Source: Psilocybe cubensis (lineage: Eukaryota). From it: a stretch of 64,000 nucleotides of DNA. Where the stretch lies: NCBI GenBank assembly GCA_017499595.2, contig CM038998.1, positions 2,666,001 to 2,730,000 on the forward strand, read 5' to 3'. Below the pieces are notes generated by a model that had not been told where the DNA came from, searched no databases, and saw only the letters and a program-made list of their open reading frames with translations. Each line of letters starts with the position of its first letter. Within the stretch, counting starts at the first letter, position 1. Below, in pieces: positions 1 to 14,870 of the stretch. Position numbers and translations under genes: made by a program.

Positions 1-326
1 CATTCCATGCCAAACGAGACGAAAATACAGCGCGCGATCTCCTGAAGACGCTATGGACGTACATTCAACCTTTTCCTGAATCTCTGGCCAGCGCAGATTT
101 GCCAACGATGCTTACCCATTTTCGTTCAATCAATCCCACATCGAAAAAGGCGAAGTTTTCTTTCAACAAAAGGATAGAAACGTACTTGCAAGTGAGGAAG
201 ATAATTCGTGCATATAGGAAATATTTTGGAACGCACCCGCACACTCAAAGGATGCTACGGCGAAGGCGTGCGCGCCGCCAACTGTCTGCAAAATCTACCG
301 ATGGCAAACTTTGCCCACCCAAGTAG
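1..326 (+). CDS. 3' end of an unknown protein-coding gene entering from the left
   Basis: Frame is open from nt 3 to TAG at ~326 (FHAKRDENTARDLLKTLW...KLCPPK), convergent with HapX; no motif recognised. Confidence 0.45.
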   Translation, partial: FHAKRDENTARDLLKTLWTYIQPFPESLASADLPTMLTHFRSINPTSKKAKFSFNKRIETYLQVRKIIRAYRKYFGTHPHTQRMLRRRRARRQLSAKSTDGKLCPPK

Positions 327-444
327 ACAAAATACGATCAGCGATTTAACCATTTGCCGGTCCTCCTATGCACAGCTGCCTGATATATTGATAGTATTTA
401 CCATAGTGGTTGGTATAATAGAATTACATTTATAATCGGTATCA

Positions 445-2208
445 TCATGAAAACTTTGCGTCCAGCAACCGAAGGGCATCTCTTACGCCCTCTGCATGGA
501 CCTGGCGTAATCGTCGTCGTCCGCACTCAAGTAAAACTTCTTGAGGAACTAATCTTAGAGGTGGAGATGTTCGTCCTGGCCTTATCTCTCCCCCGTTTCC
601 AGCAGTAGAAAAATTGTTGATCTCAACAGCATTTTGTGATAATTGTGGTGCAGGTGATATCACTATCCGTGGGCCCAAACATTTAGATCGACTAGACACC
701 ACTTCAGCCAGCAAGGAAAGGTCTGCGAATTCCACATTAGGATGCGCTTTGATCTTCTTCCAGGCATCATTGGTGGGGATGAGATCTGCACCATTGATAG
801 TAGGGTCATCGAGGGGCGATGACGGGCAGTTTCCACATCCCAGTCCGTTAGATTTGCCTCCACAGCAAGCGCGAGGTCGACCTGGAGTAGGAGGACAACC
901 ATTACAATCTGTAAGCGCGGATGCCGTGTTTCCAATGGCGGCGCAGAAAGCTTTTCCAAATGCATCGTCCCCACAGGCTAGACAATTGGACGGATCTCCA
1001 GAACAATTTTCGTCCAGAGGGCGACTGGAGGTGGACACAACTTGCACGGGAAACACTGAATTGACTTGGACTGCACCAGATCTCCTTCGAAGGGCAACTG
1101 GAGGCTGATAAGGAGGAAGATTATCCAATATCGATGGGACTTCTTGAACAACAGATTCTTGGAAATTTGTATCGAGATTTTCTCTGTTGATTAGAACCTG
1201 TGTGTTGGTAAAGTCGTTTGAGTTTCTATCAACAACCGCCATTTCTTGACAGACGCAGATAGTGTCTTCATTACAGAAACCACAACCAAAGGAAACAAAT
1301 GGTCGAAGAGACATTTCGTCAGCTTTCACGTTCGGCGCAAGGTCGTTAAAATGATTGAAGGAGTTTACATCCATTTCGGTTGATGTACCATACGAGAGAG
1401 GGGGGAATTGCGAATCTGTCGTGTCATTTGAATCCGGTGTAGACGCTACAGAAGGCGAGAAAGATAATGACGGTGCGGGAGCAGGAGCCGTGGAGGTTAA
1501 GATATCGCAATTGTTGATTTTACGCGTTTTCTTACTCGAGCGGTTGTCTGTATTGAGAGTAAGTGAAATGGCAGGGGAATCGTCTCTCCGGCGTTTTTTC
1601 TTATCCTTGTCGTCCGATGGCTTTTGGTCAGAAGTTTGTTGTAAAACTAAGTGCTCTTGTTGCTGTTGTTGCTGCTGCATCTGAGATAATTTGGCCTGTA
1701 GCGCCAAGTTTTCATTGCGCAATTTCTCGTTCTCTTCCTTCAGGCGTTTAGCAATGTTTTGCAATGCGACGTTTCGTTCGACTTCGCCTTGTTCATAAGA
1801 TTGAATCCGAGCTTGTAGCTCAGAAAGTTGAGATTGCTTTCGTTCTCTAAATGCCCTCTGAGCAGCTCTACAAATAGAGTTAGGAGATATCAATGAATGA
1901 GGGTAAAAAGGGTGCTGACCTATTTTGGATACGGCGGCCCTTAGTGTCGATTTGCTAAATGAAAGATAACATGAGCTACATCTGAACCGGAGAAAAATGT
2001 GCGTTAAAATCTAGTCACTTCTTGTTCTGCCTTCGTAGGGGATGTGGAATCCTTTTTAGGTTTTCGACCTGGTTTCGGTTTCGGCTGAATAACCCATTCC
2101 TTTGATGCTATAGTAATATGCTCAATTCAATCCATTGTCGTGCATTTGGGAAGAAATACCTGTGGCCCAAAGAGTTGTCGTTGATGACGAAGCACTGGCA
2201 GAAGCCAT
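445..2208 (-). CDS. hapX: HapX-type bZIP iron-homeostasis transcription factor (4 exons)
   Basis: Spliced N-terminus MASASASSTTTLWATASKEWVIQPKPKPGRKPK (Hap4-like motif), bZIP basic region RRIQNRAAQRAFRERK plus leucine zipper, Cys clusters CGFC..CVC and CSGDPSNCLAC..FGKAFC. Confidence 0.88.
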
Positions 2209-2536
2209 GGCTGGAAGTTGAATAGGACTGAAGGGAGTGGGGACCGTGACCGTCTAAGAAGGAACCGAGGAAAGTGGCATGGAATGGGTCGGATCTTTAT
2301 CTGATAAGATGCTAGTTTAAAAGCTGGACTTTCCCTCGGCTTTATCGGCTGTCCCACTCTCCCGGTCACCGGTCACCACGCACAATTAATCGCTACAACT
2401 CGTTAGTATTACCGTTGGGCCTAGTGCGAGTGATGTATCATAATTTCGCCTGAAATTTTTCTCGGCACCCGCAGAGTAGATATGGCACGTAAAACAGCAA
2501 GTAGTTCTCACAAGTGATACAGAGTGCAAAGACTAG

Positions 2537-5159
2537 CTAATCCACAACAACAATCTCCTCTGTTTGCTCAATAACTTCGTCGATCCAGACTTCAATCTCT
2601 TCTTTAGCATCCTCTTTGCCCTGCAACTTTTGAAGGCGCTCTTCTCCGAGCTCCTTCCTGCGAAGCGTGCGCCATGCATTCCACTCATCGACCAGGCGTT
2701 TACGAAGGGCAATAAGCTCGGCGCTGACATTGCTTTCCTCTGCAGCATCTTCTTCGTCGAAAGCCCGACTGTATTCTCGAAGGTTCTTTCTGATGGCTTT
2801 TTGTTGTTCTTTAGACAGAAGGGTGGGGGGTCGTGGACGCCAGATAAATTGTTTGAAGCGGTCTTGAATATGTTTTACAAGTTCCTGACCGCGAAAATCC
2901 CAAATCGCGTATCCGTTTTCGAGCTGAAACGATTAATTACTACAGTAAGTTGATATGAACAACACATGAGACCTACGGTATGAGTCCAGGCACTAGCGCT
3001 AGTGGCAAGGTATCTCCCACTGGGATCCCATTCGACGTCCGTCACACCATAGTGGTCCGCAACTCCCAACAGTTGGATACCACTACCCCAATCGGATTGA
3101 CCTTCCTTTCGGTCATCGGTGTTGAAATCGAGATCCCAGAATTCCAATTCGGACTTGCTAGAAGAACCAACAGTAGCAAGAACAACATGTCGTCCGCGAG
3201 GAGACCAACGGATAGCATTGCTGGTTCGTGAAGACAAAGTGCCTGAAAAAACATGAGTCTAATGTTAGTAATATAACCAGGACAAAACGCTCACGAAGCA
3301 GTCTGAAGTCGTTTTTGCCGTGATCGAGTTGATAAAAGCTGACGTCGGTCTTGATGGTGACACCTGGTCCGGGATTGCCTAGATTTGGATCATTACTGGA
3401 AACAATGGCGAATCGCTCGCCCTTGGGTTCCCAAGAAAAGTCCATAACAGTGTCTACATTATGGCATAAATCATTTTGTAAAACAATAAAGCTCGACAGA
3501 CTTCAGACCTTTAAGCTCAACAACTTCAACAGGGTAATCTTTTTCCCGCATGCGGAAGATTTCGAGATTGCAGAAAATCGATTTTTTCGTTTTGGTATGC
3601 CGATCAACTTTGACACAGAGGAAATCTCCCTGGTTTTGCCAATACAACTTGCACTGTTTGCACGGATAAATTCAGTATAGATAAGAAATTGAAGGTAGTT
3701 GAAAAGGTTACCTCCGTAACGTTGAATAGATTTTTCTGACGAAGTATTGAGCGACTTGGGAAGCCCATAAGGGTGACACGGGCAGGCTGATTGGCTACTT
3801 CTGGAGTCCAATATACTAACTTGTTTTCTCGAACTTTTTTGGTAGGTTTTGCGCCTGGCACAGCAGAGACCATGATATCCTCTTTATCCTTTTCTCCCAA
3901 TGGACACCATTCGAAGTCGACCACCCCCTCAATCTTCAAACTCTTCTTTCCCTGAAGGTACATACTGGGGAGCTCGTGAACGCTAATCATTTGACCGGGT
4001 GTAATGCGAGCAACGTATTTGTCGTCAGGGCTCCATTTAAGCACGGGCCATTGCATTTGTTTCTTAACGGCAGGTGGATCACCCTCATTGTATGTGGAGA
4101 AGGTTCGCAGAAGGTCGCCAGACTTGATATCCCAGACAGCAAGATTGTTCCCTTCATCGTCAGGAGAAAAATATTGAGGTCCTTGGATGGCGCCTTCGGG
4201 GACCATGATGGGTTCGTTAGACCAAGTAACCATGTATTGCTCGCAGGGTGAGAAATCGATAAGTTTTACTAAAGGATGTGCAAACCGCTGTTGAGCTTTC
4301 CAAGAGGAACCTCCCCATAATCTTACACCCTGACGATGAAGGGTTGCAACATATGTTCCAAGCGGCGACCACGCCACGTACAGGAAATCCTTCCAGTCCT
4401 AGGCCCCAAAACTGTCCAGAAGGAAAAAGGGAAATCGGAGGAAAGTGTTGCTCACCGGTTTGTAGGCAACTTCTGACTGAGAAGGCTTCCCGTGCCAATG
4501 AATCAAAACCTCGTCTCCGCGGTAGGTGACATACTGGTCGCGGCCATGAGGATCAGCAAGCCATGCGCGAAGATGCTCCTAAGTTAAGGTTGGCAACATT
4601 GCACTTCAGCAGATAACAATTTAGGTCATACCCGAGGCGTATACTCCTCTACTTGAGGTTCAACATAGGTTTCGTCAAGGTCGGCATATCGCTCAATATC
4701 CGTGAAGCGGTTGACTCGAAATGTATGTTTGGCATCGAAGGGATGGTTGTCAATGGCCGCAATAGCATGACTGGCATCATCTTCATTTCTGAATTCTATG
4801 AACATGAACCTGGACGCAAATCAGTCTGATATCGGTGAAGAATTAACATAAACTTGTTCGCTCACCCTTTGCTTTTTCCTGAAGCACTGTCCCAAGGCAT
4901 GAAGATATCATCGTGCTTGATGGAAACTCCCTTTTTTCCAAATTCCTTAACGACTTTGTCCATGAGCTTCCCATGTTTTGATTTGTCGATAATGGGTACA
5001 CCATCGACGACCACAAGGTTGTCAAATCCGTCGTCGTATTGGACTTGATACCTGCAAAGAGGTCAGAAATTATTGAAGAATTTACCAACAAGAATTTTAC
5101 TTGTTTTCGATGTCAGAATAATCGATGCCATCATCAACATGGTTGGTAGCTTCAGGCAT
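2537..5159 (-). CDS. PRT1: Translation initiation factor eIF3 subunit b (multi-exon)
   Basis: [18 protein letters not shown] start, RRM with [13 protein letters not shown], propeller segments [62 protein letters not shown]. Confidence 0.93.
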
Positions 5160-5890
5160 TTTGAACACGGATATAAGGTAGGCGGCTTGAGCTTCAGACG
5201 TCTTCATTTTTTTGGCAGATCGTCGGAGTTTGATTTCCGTTATTTGACTCTAATTGGCTGCAAGACCAATAGCCTCTGAGCACGACACTTTCGCGCCTTA
5301 GTATTGCTACTATATCTGTACTATATCCCAAGTAGTATTACTCGCATCATCAACTTGAACAAGTGAAAGAATTAAGCAATACTACAGTCTATGGTTTCAT
5401 ATCGCCGTTGTTTCTCCTGCGTTGTACAAAGTATGAACACTTGGATCTGGACTGCCAGGCAACCCAAGCATAGTCATTTTTCGATGACTCGCCAAACCAT
5501 CAGGGCCCACGACCCATACTATTACTACGTTCAACGTGTCTCGTTAGCATGGGAATCGCTCATCACTTTTCAGGTAATTGAATGAACCTTACCAGTGGGA
5601 CTCATTAAAGTTTCTGGATATTTTTAGGTCGATATCACATTCTCATGTGGGCATGTTTAAAGCCGCATCCACACATCGACCAATGTTGTATTCGTGATTC
5701 TATTTTTGAGACCTTCAGAGAACCTTGTACCCCTTGAATGGATCGCTTTGGACACATGGCGTTGTGAATCTCATGACGCACGTGTGCTTGCTCTAAGGGA
5801 TACCGGTTTGATATGGGGACTCGGGATGTTGGGTAAGTACTAAAAGACGAGCCTGGCAGTCAAACCCCCCACAATCGTTGATCCTTTGCC

Positions 5891-8244
5891 ATGGTGGACA
5901 GTGAGACCCCTCTTCCCAAAGAAAAACATGTCGAGGAAGTGGTCGACTCTCCTGTCTCGTATGCCGAGATGAAGATAATTCAGTCTAGGAAACAACGCCT
6001 GAGCCCATATTTCACAATTGCAGCGGCCGCATTTGGGCTCATTAGTGACGGGTGTAAGCCGAACACATCCTCTGTATCATGGAAATCAGTCTGACAAGAG
6101 GTTTAGATCAGAACAATCTTATGACCATGGCCAATGTAATCATCCTATTTAACTGCCCGGTAAAAGTATCAGTTAACAGTCTGCCAGGTTGTTTTCAAAA
6201 AACTATACCCCAAAGATTATACTGCTGATGTTTCTACTCGTGTTTCTAATTCCCTCCTCGTCGGTGTGTTCTTATATGTTATGAATATTTTGTTTTCGCT
6301 AAAGGTACCAAGGCGCTATAATCGGCCAAGTGCTAGTGGGCATCATTTGTGACAGGATTGGAAGAAAGGCCGCGCTCGTAATTACCACTGCCTTGATTGT
6401 ATTAGGTGCAACTCTTGCAACTGCCGCACATGGAACACACGGAAGCGCTGTTGGATTATTTTGGTTCTTGACATTTGCTAGGTAAATTCTTCTTCTATTG
6501 GCAGTCTTTACTTGCTGAACCTGCGCAGAGGTTTAACAGGGATTGTAAGAAACAATCAAAAGTCACTTGTCAACGCATATGAACACAGAGTCAGGGCGTG
6601 GGAGGAGAATACCCCGCATCATCAACGAGTGCTTCAGAGGCAGCTAACGAGAAGATGATCAAACAGCGAGGACCTGGTTTGTTCCCTATTATTCAGGGAT
6701 GGTATTGCTACGTTATTGACTCTTCAGTAGTGTTTATCATGGTAACTAATTTTGTCCTGAGCGTAAGTTCCGATGTTCCCAATCATGTTTAATTATTGAT
6801 CTATTTAGTTCGGAGGGCCACTTGCAGTCTCCGTGTTCCTAATAGTCTTATCGTCTGCTGGAGAAAACCACTTGCAAACTGTATGGAGGGTCTGTTTTGG
6901 CGTTGGTATTGCACTGCCTTTGACAGTTTTTTACTTCCGTATCCGAATGTTAAGTTCCATGCTTTTCAAGAAGGGAGCCATTAAAAGTACGCGCTTCCTT
7001 AACCTATGCCTGCTAATCAAACTTAATATATGTACGCCAGGGCGGGTACCATATTGGCTTATTCTTAAGCGTTACTGGAAATCCCTTATGGGAACTTGTG
7101 GCGCATGGTATACTACCGTTGTTACTCCATCCTATGAAAAAGATTGCTGAGAAATTGATTGTATAAGGTTTTTATACGATTTCATTACTTTCCCAAATGG
7201 CGTGTTTTCTGGGACAATCATTTCAAGCATCATTCATGACGGTGATATCAAACGAACAGCGGAATGGCAATTACTGCTAGGCGCGATTGCTTTGCCTGGC
7301 GTTTTTGTTGGCGCGCTTCTGTGCAATTCTCTTGGGCGCCGAAACACGGTGTGCATTCTTCTTTCTTCGTGATGACGCCGTTTTATGCGGAGCTACAGAT
7401 GATGTTGGGTTTTAGTGGCTATTTGATCTTTGGTCAATATTTCTGTTTCATTGATACATTTAAGTTAGCTGATCTTGAACTGATACAGGTCTCATAATCG
7501 GAGTCAGTTACGATAAAATCATCAAAATAATCCCTCTTTTTGTCATATTGTGCATCGTTCTGTCTTTCCTGGCTCTTTTGCATTACTAACATGCTTCACA
7601 AGCTATGGCCTTATGCAATCATTTGGAAATTTAGTACGCTGCACTTTTTAATTAGCTGTTTTTTGTACCAATATATTTCAAAGGGTCCAGGAGATATGTT
7701 AGGCCTCGTTAGTGCAGAGTGAGTCTTCGGAGTATGCTTTTCTTTCACCTTGGGATGATTTAAATTACCCCTCATTTTCAGATCTTACCCTACTCCAATC
7801 AGGTACGAGGCAATAAACCTGCCAGAATCTCAAATCTCATAAGCAATGGCCAGGGGGACCTGCTATGGATTGTCGGCTGCTATCGGCAAGACAGGAGCAG
7901 CAATCGGAACTCAAGCTTTTACCCCAATTCAAGTGCACCTTGGAAAAAAGTATGTCGATTACATCTCAAGGACATATTTGATACCAATTTGACAAAATAT
8001 AGATGGACGTTCATAATTGCAGGCATGTAGGTAATCTGGTATCAAAATATTGCTTACAATTTTCGATGCAGCTATATGCGGGACCACTGGAATCCTTGTG
8101 ACGTACTTCTTTGTCCCAGACATGACCGGTGTCGATCTTGCAGATGAAGATGCAAAATTCATGGAATACCTGGCAGAGAATGGGTGGACTGGATTGGTTG
8201 GAGAGGAAGAGGATTCGAATTCAAGCTTAAGCGACAAAAAGTGA
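5891..8244 (+). CDS. MFS transporter, glycerophosphoinositol/phosphate permease (Git1-like), many short exons
   Basis: AFGLISDG, CDRIGRK loop, GVGGEYPASSTSASEAANE, SYPTPIRGTCYGLSAAIGKTGAAIGTQAF; many hydrophobic helices. Confidence 0.85.
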
Positions 8245-8452
8245 ATTTATGACATGTATCGATGATTAGTTTGGATATAATATACGTCGGTTTGGCATAC
8301 CATGCAGTAGCAAGGTGCAAGAACACTGTCAAAATATAGAGCGAGCAGGCTTTGTTGATTTGTGACATGCGACCAATCACAACGGCGCGGATAATTTGTA
8401 CGTAAGCAAAGAGGATGAGGATGTGAACTTTGAGGTTGGGTTAGCTGTAAAC

Positions 8453-11107
8453 ATGTCTGGTATCCTTTTTCGAACGCCCTCTCACTCGTCTCTGGCTACT
8501 TCTAGCCGGCTATGGATCCCACGCAAATGTCTGCATACCTCCTCTCCTGCACAAAAATCCGTCCTCTCTTCTACAAAAGCAAACGACAAGCCTAGTCTTG
8601 TGAAGGCTTTAAATTTGACCGCCGCTGAAACACGCAAAGTAGCAAAAAAAAGAGGGAAGCGGGTGGAGTATAAACCCACGGAAAACCTGGTTAAAAAGCA
8701 CCTTGTGCAACTACGTGACAACCCTTTCACTGTGCAAGATGTAGAACATCTGAAGCCCAAAAAACAGACAAATGCGAAGTCGAAGAATTATGAATCGGAA
8801 TACCAACAAGTCCTGAACGTGTTGTTAAAGTCATTTACCTGGCCACAATTGCGACAGTACGTGGAGCACGCTAATCTGTCTCCTCCATCGAGAGGGAATA
8901 AATTAGCCACTGCTCAGCACATCTTGGAGAACATATGGGGTTGGACACCTCTCCAGCAGGTATTGCAAGATAGGGCAGATTGGAGCGAATCGGGTGAACA
9001 ACGTGAGGCTTTACAATTACATATTTGTTCTTTATTTTTCATCACATGCTACATAGTTTTTACTTTGGATCCTGGATACTCATTCCTATTAGTGGGTAAA
9101 GGTTGGTGTCTTTTTCTCGTGAATATGTGGTATACTCATTGTGTGAATAGATGGCACCGAACTTCTCCAATTATCGCGGCGTTACAATGTTAAGATGTCT
9201 TTCACCAATCCCAGGACGCTCAAGGTTCAGGGTTTGAAAGGTGCTTTGAAGCAGGTCGCCGGGTATATAGAGAGCTTCAGAAACGTGAGCTTCCTTTGGC
9301 TATTCGCGCAGCCCGCCCTCATAACAACTATTCAAGGATGTCACTACCGAAGATTTCGATTTACCAACAAAGAAAAAACTCACTGTACTTGCCGATCGCA
9401 TTTCGCGCGTTTCTGGTGCTCATGTAAAACCCAAAGATGATGCAAAGGTTCGCACGAGTTATCTAAACTTCATTTATTGACTGATTTTCGTGTATTTCAG
9501 ATAGCCCTTACATTCCTGAGATCTCATCCACAAACAGCTTACATAGCAAAGCGTCTAATTCTTCAAGCCATTACCAGTGAAGTAAGCACAGTTAATTTCG
9601 TCAATCACCCCATGAGCTAAAGGGTACCATCAGAGTTCTTCGACGCGAATAGTTTACAACGGACAGCCGGAGTCGTCGGAAAAAGTGGCCTCCGAGCGAT
9701 ATTCCCTTTATCCATTTTTACCTCCACAACCTCTTTCCTGGCAAAATCCATCATCTTCCTTTTTTCGATACCGGCGTGTTGGAGAATGGTTAAAAAGCCC
9801 TCAGTTCGATAAGCCCGAAACCCAGCTTGGAACCTCAGCGGGCAGCCGTGGGATAGAATCCTTAGAGAACGAGTAAGAACTGTAACATGATATGCATATT
9901 GTTCTAACGAATGTTGTAGGTTTGGTAATAGCGTCGAGTCTCAGTTACTGCTTCAACTTGGCGAAAGCGGTTCTGGTTCCCCTAATTTTATTGTATCGTG
10001 AGCCTATCGTCTCACTCTGCTGTCTGGCCTTTAATGATATCGTTTATATCAAGCACTGGTCATTTACTCATCGTGTCTCCTCCCAATCAGCGTACAACGC
10101 TTACTCCACCTCTTATTGGCCACGTCGATTCCGGAGTTCTTCTGGACTGGATCAATCACTCTAGAAATAGAGTCATTTTCCACCCAAGGTACTTCTGCCA
10201 ATGCCTTTATTTTCATTGTAACTTTTTTTTACAATTTGCCCCTTCATACAGTGCACCTACACCAACATTATCAACGCCAACTAAGGAAGAATACACCATT
10301 CGAAGAATTGTATATCGCTCTATGACATCTGCGCAAAATGATGCATCACACGATAATTTAAAGCCTGGTCCTACGACAACTCTGACATTTGAATTGCCTT
10401 GTGTCGAGCAGAATAGTGAGACAAGCACTTCTGCTTCAGAATTTGCTTCGGAAGCTGCTGCAGACAATTTGAATCGTGTCTCGTTGCTGAAAGGTGTAGA
10501 AAGCAGTGTAGAGATTTTTGTACCGGACGGGTAAGTGGACTCTGGATTTTATGTGACTACATATCTAATCTTTACTTGTAGTTCGTCAGACCTTATGATA
10601 TCTGCTTCGCGGAGCCAAGTTGTTCCGAACTCTTCATGGCCAGAAGAATGGAAAAATGCTGCTGTTTCATTACTGACAAGGTAATTGTATCTCCAATTTT
10701 GTGGGTGTGAAATCTAATTCGTTGATTTCCAGTGAAAGGAAATTACAAAATGACACCAGCTTCCCTCTTGTTATTACACATGACGGAGAACAGTTTTTCT
10801 TCGCTGGTGACTGGCATGTCCACCGTTCCCTCAAAACCGTGATGTTAGAGGGCATGGAGGATGAACAAACTATTATTGTTGAAACAACCACCGACCACGA
10901 TACTGGTAAAAGTGTAACCATGTGCAAGGTAAAACGAGTTCTCTATATTTCATTTTGAGTTGCTGAGATTTGACCAAGGCAAACTGCGAGGACTACAAAT
11001 CACAGTCCCAATGGAACAACTTTTTACGAATCTGCGGTTCGCTCAGTAATCCCCTCCAAAAATGTGATACAAAGGTCCATTCAATTGAGGAATTCTCCCC
11101 GTTTTGA
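8453..11107 (+). CDS. Mitochondrion-targeted hypothetical protein, possibly Sls1-like (multi-exon)
   Basis: Presequence-like N-terminus (MSGILFRTPSHSSLATSSRLWIPRKCLHTSS); chained exons with GT-AG introns ending EEFSPF*; the family assignment is tentative. Confidence 0.55.
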
Positions 11108-11193
11108 CCTCGTAATGATCGAATAGAATCCATATCTATATTAGTGTCGTAATGTAATAATTTTATGCCATACATGTATAATACACATAATCA

Positions 11194-14100
11194 TCACCTT
11201 TTACGGGTAGCCTTTTCCTTGCGTTTCTTAGCCCGTACCTGGAAGCCTGTGTAAGAATAAATCCGGATACTGTATGCCAACACATACCTCTTTTTTCATT
11301 CGGGAATCCACCATGGTGTATCTACCCTTGACACCCTTTGGCCTACCTTTCAAGCCTTTATGCGCGCCTTTTGCCACGACAACCTTAATTTCCTTCTTGG
11401 CTTTCTTCGCCGCAGAGATTCCTTTGCGCATCAGCTTGTCGATTTGCTGCGCTTTCTCCTTCTCGGACATATCAGCAGTAGCATTGACACCCTCAGCCTT
11501 CTTCATGGCCTTTTCAAGTCGCTGCGCGGCCTTGAATTTCTTGCGAGCTTTGGCTTCCGCCACTTTCTTGATAGGTCTGGCATCCAGTGCGCGCTGCTTG
11601 GCTCGTAGTGCAGCCATGGCTTCCTTCGTCACCGGAATATTTAGCTTGTAATTTTTAGCCTCATCATCAAGGAACCAAGAGGGGAGATCTTCTTTTGAAT
11701 TAAGCGAGTATCGGTTGAAGCCTTCGTTAATAAGCTGCGTTTTGGTTTTCTGGCGATTGACGAGTTGTTGGGCAAGTGTCACAGCTTCGGGTGTCATCAG
11801 ACCGTATTCTGAAGGCACGGCCAGCGTCAATGACACAAACGACGAAATGCCGAAGGATTGGGTGCTTACTTTGGAGGCCAGCTTTGACTTTAAGGTCCTC
11901 ATCTTCACCCTCACCATCCCAAAGGTCCACATCTTCGTCTTCCTCTTGTGGAACGACCTCGAAATCATCACTATCATCGTCCTCGTCACTGGAAGCAACG
12001 TGTTCCTATAGGATTTTGTTAGAAGTGTAAAAACATCGATGGCTTTTTTTTACCTCATCATCCTTGGAAGATTCGTCTTCGTCTTCGTCTTCTTCGGGTT
12101 CGGATTGTTCCGAATCGCTCAGTTTGTCAAGACCATCAACCCCAGCAAAAACGTCCTGCGAGAACCACAACTGTGCAGCAGCACTGGTAGTAGCACTAGC
12201 AGTAGGAGGTCCAGGCTGCGAAGCAAACCGCTGGCGTTTGGTTCCCTTCGGAGCGACATCAGCATCCGACCGACTACGTTTCATTCTACCGGCGACTTCA
12301 GGTACGTCGTCTTCGTCCTCCTCGTCTGAAGAATCTCCGGATTCGCTGCTTCCGGCATCGAGTTTAGCTGCCTGAACCTTGTCCCAGCCGCCAGCATCTT
12401 CCTCGTCTGATATTTCAGAGTCGCTGCCGTTGGCTTTGATACCTTTCCACTCCTCCCGTTCTGCATTCTTTCTCCGCGCCTCTTTCACTTTGTACTTCGT
12501 ATCACGCTCGCGGAGTCGGCCTTGGTATATGTCGTAAAGCCCGTCAAGTTCAGCCTCCAGCTCCGCTACCTTCTTTTCCCGCTCTTCCTCTGAGTCGAAT
12601 ACATCTTGTGTATCATCCTCATCCTCTTTCTCCTCGTCGCTGCTATCCATAATCGCATCACCATTGTCGTCCATGGCCAGGGTAGTCTTCTTGCGGTTGC
12701 GGGATAGACCATCGGTGTGCTCGAGATCGAAGATATCATCTTGGCCGATGCCCAGCATCGCATCATGTTGCTCCAGACCAATATCGAGCGGCGCTGTCAT
12801 CTGCAGCTGCATGCGCTGGATTGTTTTTGTTTTGATCTCATTCGCGCGCCTTCGCTCACGCTTGGCTCGCGCCGCAGCCTCTGCATTAAGTCTTTCGAGC
12901 TAAGATGGTATTAGTTCGCGGGGTTAACTAAGATTGTGGTGGGCGAGAGCCTACTTCTTCGGAGATTTGCTGCTCTTCATCGACGACTTCTACTACTTCG
13001 ACTTGTTCAGTTGCGTCTTCTGTGTCTTTGGCCTTGTTATCGAGGCCAAGCTACAATTGACAAAGTGAGGACATGAAAGTAAAGTTGAAATGGTAATTCC
13101 AACCTCTTCACGAAGAGCCAATCGCCATTTTATCAGAGTTTTGAAGTCACCCTTACCCAGCACCTTCAAATCGTCGCAATTTGCCTTCACATCACCTGTT
13201 GTGACGTCAAGTTTGTACCACCTGAAACTAGTCAGAAGAATGTATAGGCCAGTGGCAAAGACAACATACTCTTTCTCTTCATCCGTGAGGAAAGTGATTT
13301 TGTTGGCGCTGCCAAGTACCGATATAGGGTCGGATCCCATAATAAAAGTGGAAGCAGGAATGGCTTTGAAAAGGGTATAATCGCCGTCCGCATAACCGTC
13401 ACGATGACGCCGCTTTTTCTCGGGGTGAAAGACATTTGATTCAGCATTTCCTGCTGTGATTTCCCCTGTAGCAAGAGTTGTTGAGAGATCTTTAAAGACG
13501 TGCTTGGGATCAAGGAACTTGGGGTCGATCAATTTTGGTGCAAGGAAGTCACGGCAAACGACGAAGATTTCAGCGGAAACATTTCTGTGAACGTTTATGA
13601 GTGTCTAAATACTCTGATATAGAGCATAAGAAATTCACCTTGACGAAGGGGGCTTTGTGGCCTCGACTTTGCCGAACAACTGGTTGAACACCCAAATGAG
13701 GTTATTGTAGTCTACACTGCGGAAAACCTTGGTCACAAAGGTTCCACCTTTCGCCAAGAATTCGACAGCGAGCTTCAAACTCATCAACACAAGTTCTGAT
13801 TGGGTGTAGGCGTCCTGAATCCAGGCCGTTCCAACGTTTGGTGCACCGTCGTGCAGGACGACGTCGGCTTTCCAGTCTTTGAGTTCACCTCGAATGAGAG
13901 TTCGGCACTGGGGTGTGGTAATGTCTGCTGCAAAGGTGACAACACGAGGAATGGGTCTGATTGGCACCAAATCAACACCTACGAGTAGATTTTATTAATT
14001 AGAGAGACGGATTGGCGAGAATATATAACGAACCAACAATGATGCTATTTGCAGGCATATATTTGCTTGCTACCTGCAGCCAGCCACCAGGAGCAGCACA

Positions 14101-14302
14101 AAGATCTATCGTACATCTTGCTGACTCTAGGAAGGAATATTTCTTGTTCAACTGGATCAGCTTGAAGGCTGAACGGGCACGGTACCCTTGCTCTCTAGAA
14201 CGCAGAATGAGGGAAGAAAGCAGAGAAACAGAAATAAACATACTTTGCGAGCTTGTAGTACTTGTCTAGACGCCCTTTTCCTGTCTTCTTTTCATGACCC
14301 AT
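11194..14302 (-). CDS. SPB1: AdoMet-dependent 27S pre-rRNA 2'-O-methyltransferase Spb1
   Basis: [75 protein letters not shown]-terminal [15 protein letters not shown]...VDSRMKKE. Confidence 0.96.
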
Positions 14303-14461
14303 AGCTGATGGAAGATGGAGAGACTTGGGAAGACCGAGTCCAAACTTTTTGCAATTCGGCAATGAGATTTTTGATTTGATTCAAGTCGCGCACGTGAATG
14401 GAAATCTAGTTAATTACCTAAGACACATAGACGCTGCCGCAATTCTCACTGGAAGGACCAA

Positions 14462-14870
14462 CACTACGCGCAAGAATTCATTTTTGATGGTCACAAATGT
14501 AGAAAAAATTTGATTAGGAATATTGATTAAACGACGGGCGAAAAAGTGTTCAAAAATTAATTGTTAAAATTCAAATGTGACAATGAATTTACACGATCAA
14601 TGAAAACGACCAAATATTTATACTTTTCGATCCGAACTAAGTCAATATTTAGTATTAAATTGCTTGGTTAGGACAATTAGAAATCCACGACCACCGAATA
14701 TATTATGTGTTGCAATTGTTTCTCGCTTGTGAAGAAGACAATTAAACATTCAATATAAATTGACTCTTTTGTGATATCTACAAAAACACTCGTAAATTTT
14801 ATAGTTATGAACTTCATAAAATAATAAACAAGTACCTGTCTTGTACTGCGCCTGTACTTAACCCGTACTG
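14462..14870 (+). mobile_element. Candidate CACTA left terminus with AT-rich subterminal region
   Basis: CACTACGCGCAAGAATT begins where SPB1 upstream DNA gives way to AT-rich non-coding sequence; no matching inverted end found in the window. Confidence 0.3.

Noticed and set aside
614-14269. Numerous antisense or alternative-frame ORFs over HapX, PRT1 and SPB1
   Set aside because: Shadow ORFs of real coding exons.
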